Shown: in pieces, positions 60,545-64,000 of the stretch
Position numbering within the stretch: position 1 is the stretch's first letter
Layout of the letters: every line of letters starts with the position of its first letter
NCBI GenBank assembly: GCA_963822965.1
Contig: CAWGJT010000010.1
Coordinates: 640,001 to 704,000, forward strand
Reading direction: 5' to 3'
From: an uncultured delta proteobacterium
GTDB lineage: Bacteria > Myxococcota_A > UBA9160 > UBA4427
DNA length: 64,000 nucleotides
The notes under the pieces: generated by a model
Databases searched by the model: none
What the model was told of the DNA's origin: nothing
Seen by the model: only the letters and a program-made list of their open reading frames with translations
Position numbers and translations under genes: made by a program

Positions 60545-61273
60545 TCACGTGGTGTACCGCCGGAGCGACGTGGAACGACTCGCCGAGACCACCGTCATGC
60601 CGATCGCGAAGAGCAGCGCGGCGGTGGGCTCCGGAACGGGCGAGCCGGCGAAGACGAAGTCGGCCTTCAGGACGAGCGGAGACACCTCCTGACCGGCGAT
60701 CTGGAGCTCGGCCAGGGTGATCCCCGAGAGGCTGAGCTCCTGGAGCTCGGGCGTGATGAAGAGCGAGCCGCTGCCGGGCCCGCTGCCGGAGATCGGGGCC
60801 GAGACGAGCTCCGTCGAGCCGCTTCCGCTCACCACCAGCTCGACGTCGAGGGGGTCGACCAGGAAGAAGTACTCGGCCGACGGCGGAGCGGGCGTCAGCG
60901 GCACCAGCAGGCCCGAGCTTCCGGAGATGGACAGGCTCTCGAGGGTCACCTCGCTGAAGCCGAGATAGGCGGGAGAGAACGCGATCGAGATGGGGCCGGT
61001 TGCCGTGAGCTCGATCGACGTGAGCTCGGGGGCGTCCTCGTCCACCGTTACCTGCAGCCCGTCGAGGGCCGCGGTCACCGGATCGGTGATGATCACGCCG
61101 CCCACCGAGGCGGTGAGCGTCACGAAGCCGGAGGAGAAGTCGTACCGGATGGGCGCGGCGAGCGACGGGCTCGCGAGAGCCAGGGAGAGCAGCGCCGCAC
61201 AGGCCGCAAGGCGAACGGCGCGGAGCTTCGAGCGAGTCGGAGAGGAGAGCAGCGGGAGCCTGGGAGCGGTCAT
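60545..61273 (-). CDS. PEP-CTERM sorting domain protein
   Basis: Signal peptide ending SLA; beta-rich acidic body; VPEPTAALLFAIGMTVV...RR; SD AAAGGTG. Confidence 0.88.
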   Translation of the reverse strand: MTAPRLPLLSSPTRSKLRAVRLAACAALLSLALASPSLAAPIRYDFSSGFVTLTASVGGVIITDPVTAALDGLQVTVDEDAPELTSIELTATGPISIAFSPAYLGFSEVTLESLSISGSSGLLVPLTPAPPSAEYFFLVDPLDVELVVSGSGSTELVSAPISGSGPGSGSLFITPELQELSLSGITLAELQIAGQEVSPLVLKADFVFAGSPVPEPTAALLFAIGMTVVSASRSTSLRRYTT

Positions 61274-61441
61274 TCAGCGGACACCTTTGAGAAGGACTCG
61301 GAGTAGAGACCGAGAGAAACTCGAGACGGGGCTTGCGGGACGGTTCTGGACCGGACGCGCGCACCGTCGAACAGATCACCAGAGCAGCGGACACCCTGCG
61401 GCGCCCGACCCCCCTTCCCAGGTGTCGTCGAGAACTCTCGC

Positions 61442-61471
61442 ATCATACACCCATAGGTGCCGATTGGTGAA
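61442..61471 (-). promoter_or_regulatory. Candidate sigma70 promoter for the PEP-CTERM pair
   Basis: Minus strand TTCACC, 18-bp spacer, TATGAT. Confidence 0.4.
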
Positions 61472-61484
61472 GCTCGGGATGCGC

Positions 61485-61511
61485 AAAAAAAATCTTTCCG
61501 ATCGGAAAGAT
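61485..61511 (-). terminator. Intrinsic terminator after the NIPSNAP-like gene
   Basis: Perfect 20-bp palindrome ATCTTTCCGATCGGAAAGAT (61492-61511) running into a T8 tract on the minus strand, 25 bp past the stop at 61537. Confidence 0.7.
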
Positions 61512-61536
61512 GGACCCGGCTCCAGAAAGGAACGCC

Positions 61537-62268
61537 TCACACCGGCCAGGCCGGGGGCCCCATGGGGGTTCCCGGGCACGGGATCAGGATCTCCTCGCGC
61601 CAGTGCCGGCGCAGCCCCCGGGCACGGGCCCGCCACGCGGGGATCCGCGGGTCCGCGCGGGCACCGGGCGAGTCGAAGCCCCGGGCCGCGTCGGTGGCGC
61701 GGGCCAGCGCCACGTGGGACTCGAGATCCGTGGCCCACAGGGTGCACGTCTCGCTCTCCCCGAAGAGGACCTCCCAGGCGCCGACGAGCCGGTGCCCGTG
61801 CTCCGCCATCACCGGCGCCCACTCGCGCTCGACGGCGCCGAGGTAGTCCAGGGCGCCGCCGGGCGGCACCGCGGCCAGCTGGTGGACGAAGATCTCCCCC
61901 TTCACGTCCTGCTCCCGGAGGCCGGCCAGGTCGAGGCAGCCGGGGCCGGCGCCGAGCAGGCGGTCGAAGCCGCCGCTGCGCCAGCCCGACGCCTCGCGCC
62001 ACCAGGCGGCCAGCTCGGGATTGGCCTCCCGGCGCAGGTTCGTGCGAGCGCACAGGCGGCGCCAGCCCTCCCAGCCGTCCACGAGCTCCCACACGTTCAC
62101 GACCTGGGGCCAGCGGCCCGTCGATCCCTGGACGTACCACGTGCCGTAGAGCGTGAGCCCGCGGTCCGCGATGGTGTCCGCGTCGAAGCCGACGACGCTG
62201 CGCTCCATGTACGGGACGGCGCCTTCGCCCACGATGTCGATGGTCTCGTGCAGGTGGAGGGCGCGCAC
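61537..62268 (-). CDS. NIPSNAP-like tandem-domain protein
   Basis: GAGG then GTG; LYGTW...[11 protein letters not shown] and second repeat LVGAWEV...TLWA. Confidence 0.65.
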   Translation of the reverse strand: MRALHLHETIDIVGEGAVPYMERSVVGFDADTIADRGLTLYGTWYVQGSTGRWPQVVNVWELVDGWEGWRRLCARTNLRREANPELAAWWREASGWRSGGFDRLLGAGPGCLDLAGLREQDVKGEIFVHQLAAVPPGGALDYLGAVEREWAPVMAEHGHRLVGAWEVLFGESETCTLWATDLESHVALARATDAARGFDSPGARADPRIPAWRARARGLRRHWREEILIPCPGTPMGPPAWPV

Positions 62269-62400
62269 CGGAACCTCGAGGCGACGGGAGAAGACCGAGC
62301 CGGAGAGAGTACCATCGAGGCGGCGTGTGCGGTGAGGGCCCGCGGGCCACGGACGGCGCGGAGCCCCGCGGTGCCCAGCAGGCAAAGGAGTCCAGGGAAC

Positions 62401-63177
62401 ATGAAGCTCGAAGGAAAGCACGTGGTCGTGACCGGGGGCGCATCGGGGATCGGACGCGCGCTCGCGCTGCGCTTCGCGGAAGAGGGAGCCCGGGGCGTGG
62501 TCGTGTGCGATCTCGACGCTTCGGGGGCCGAGGCGGTGGCGTCCCGCTTCGGCGGGCTGGGCCTGGGGGTCGACGTCACCGACGAGGCGCAGGTGCGAGA
62601 CCTGGTCGCCCGGGCCGAACGAGAGAACGGGCCCATCGATCTCTTCTGCTCCAACGCGGGCATCGGCATTCCGGGTGGCGTCGAGGTGCCCGACGCCGAC
62701 TGGACGCGCATCTGGAACGTGAACGTGATGGCTCACGTCTACGGTGCCCGCGCCGTGCTGCCGGGAATGCTGGAGCGGGGGGAGGGCTACCTGCTCAACA
62801 CGGCCTCGGCGGCGGGGCTCCTCACCCAGATCGGATCGGCGCCCTACGCGGTCACCAAGCACGCCGCGGTGGCTCTCGCCGAGTGGCTGGCGATCACCCA
62901 CGGCGACCAGGGCATCAAGGTGTCCGTGCTGTGCCCCCAGGCCGTGCGCACGGCCATGACCGCCGGTACCGAGAACGGCGGCGTCGCCGGGGTGGACGGC
63001 ATGATGGAGCCGGAGGAGCTGGCGGGCTGCGTCATCGAGGGGCTGGCCGCCGAACGCTTCCTGATCCTGCCCCATGAGACCGTGCTCCAGTACATGCAGC
63101 GCAAGACCGGCGACTACGACCGCTGGCTCGGCGGGATGCGGCGCCTGAACGCGCGCTTCCGCGGCACCATCGGCTGA
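62401..63177 (+). CDS. Short-chain dehydrogenase/reductase
   Basis: [35 protein letters not shown]. Confidence 0.92.
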   Translation: MKLEGKHVVVTGGASGIGRALALRFAEEGARGVVVCDLDASGAEAVASRFGGLGLGVDVTDEAQVRDLVARAERENGPIDLFCSNAGIGIPGGVEVPDADWTRIWNVNVMAHVYGARAVLPGMLERGEGYLLNTASAAGLLTQIGSAPYAVTKHAAVALAEWLAITHGDQGIKVSVLCPQAVRTAMTAGTENGGVAGVDGMMEPEELAGCVIEGLAAERFLILPHETVLQYMQRKTGDYDRWLGGMRRLNARFRGTIG

Positions 63178-63198
63178 CGGCGCGGCGCGTCCGGCGCT

Positions 63199-63999
63199 TC
63201 AGATCACCCGCCGCTCGCGCAGGCCCGCGATCTCGTCGTCGGCGAGATCCAGGGTCTCGCGCAGCACGCTCTCGGTGTGCTCGCCCAGGTGCGGAAAGCT
63301 CGTCAGGGGCCCCTCGGCAACCCGCGACAGCTTCACGGGATTCCCCACCACCTGCATCGGGCGATCGTCGTCGGGCCGCGGCACCTCGATCAGCATGTCG
63401 TGCGCCTGCACGTGGGGATCCGCGTGGATGTCGGCCGCGAGGTTGCTGGGACCCGCGGCGACACCCTGCCCGCACAGCACGCTGCAGGCCTCGAGGCGCG
63501 TCTTGTCGGCGGCCCAGCGCTCGATCGCCGGCCGCAGCACGCCTTCGATCTGCTGCGCCCACCCCTCGCGGGTGGCGAAGCGCGGGTCGTCGCACCACTC
63601 GGGGTGGCCCACGGTGCGCGCCAGGCGCTCGAAGTGGTGCTCGCGGAACACCGAGACGACGAACCAGCCGTCCCGGGCGGCGAAGCCGGCGACGATGCCG
63701 ATCGATCCCGCGGTGGCCCAGGCCGCAGGGGCGTCCATCGACCACAGATGCGGGACCATGTCCGACAGGGCCACCATGGCGTCGTACATGGAGATGTCCA
63801 CGTGCTGCCCGAGCCCGGTGCGGTCGCGGTGTCGCAGGGCGGCGAGCATGCCGATGATTCCGAAGAGCGCCGCTCCGTTGTCGCCGAGGGCGCCGGCCAC
63901 GACCACCGGAGGCGGCTGTCCCGGCTTGCGGGTGGGCTCGTAGAGGCCCGCCATGGCCTCGACGATGGGCGCGTAGGCGGGCCAGGCGGAGTACGGCGA
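63199..63999 (-). CDS. CoA-transferase family III (CaiB/BaiF), C-terminal part (5' end outside the window)
   Basis: ALGD catalytic Asp, RTGLGQHVDISMYD, DPRFAT, PHLGEHT. Confidence 0.9.
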   Translation of the reverse strand, partial: SPYSAWPAYAPIVEAMAGLYEPTRKPGQPPPVVVAGALGDNGAALFGIIGMLAALRHRDRTGLGQHVDISMYDAMVALSDMVPHLWSMDAPAAWATAGSIGIVAGFAARDGWFVVSVFREHHFERLARTVGHPEWCDDPRFATREGWAQQIEGVLRPAIERWAADKTRLEACSVLCGQGVAAGPSNLAADIHADPHVQAHDMLIEVPRPDDDRPMQVVGNPVKLSRVAEGPLTSFPHLGEHTESVLRETLDLADDEIAGLRERRVI

Positions 64000-64000
64000 A

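Noticed and set aside
61440..61465. Sigma54 promoter upstream of the PEP-CTERM genes (CGGCAC on the minus strand)
   Set aside because: No GC at the -12 position; the GG-N10-GC spacing fails

Overview
A very GC-rich bacterial chromosome segment with about 60 genes and no rRNA, tRNA, CRISPR array, transposase or phage gene that I can recognise. It is dominated by lipid, steroid and acyl-CoA catabolic enzymes: crotonases, SDRs, SnoaL/NTF2 proteins, an acyl-CoA dehydrogenase pair, a thiolase with an HMG-CoA-synthase-like/DUF35 fusion, an F420-type LLM, a ketosteroid-dehydrogenase-like flavoprotein, a CoA ligase and a CoA transferase. It also carries a fused indolepyruvate:ferredoxin oxidoreductase, fumC, a complete moxR-DUF58-bat operon, an ABC-2 exporter, three membrane di-iron enzymes (sterol-desaturase family, AlkB-like, CarF/TMEM189-like) and three PEP-CTERM proteins. 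PEP-CTERM plus CarF plus this catabolic repertoire suggests a diderm of the Myxococcota/Binatia type (inference only). The best candidates for undescribed systems are: (1) a membrane-anchored LytTR regulator facing a 21-bp-periodic AlgR-like repeat array, upstream of a putative lipoprotein methyltransferase and an ABC exporter; (2) a PhlABC/AcaABC-like thiolase with a catalytically dead HMGS-DUF35 partner behind a clear promoter and candidate operator; (3) a coupled HTTM-like membrane gene pair; (4) a CTAG-flanked 89-bp MITE-like inverted repeat. Four genes each carry a single extra base, most likely consensus errors. All family assignments are from motif recognition by eye, not database searches.
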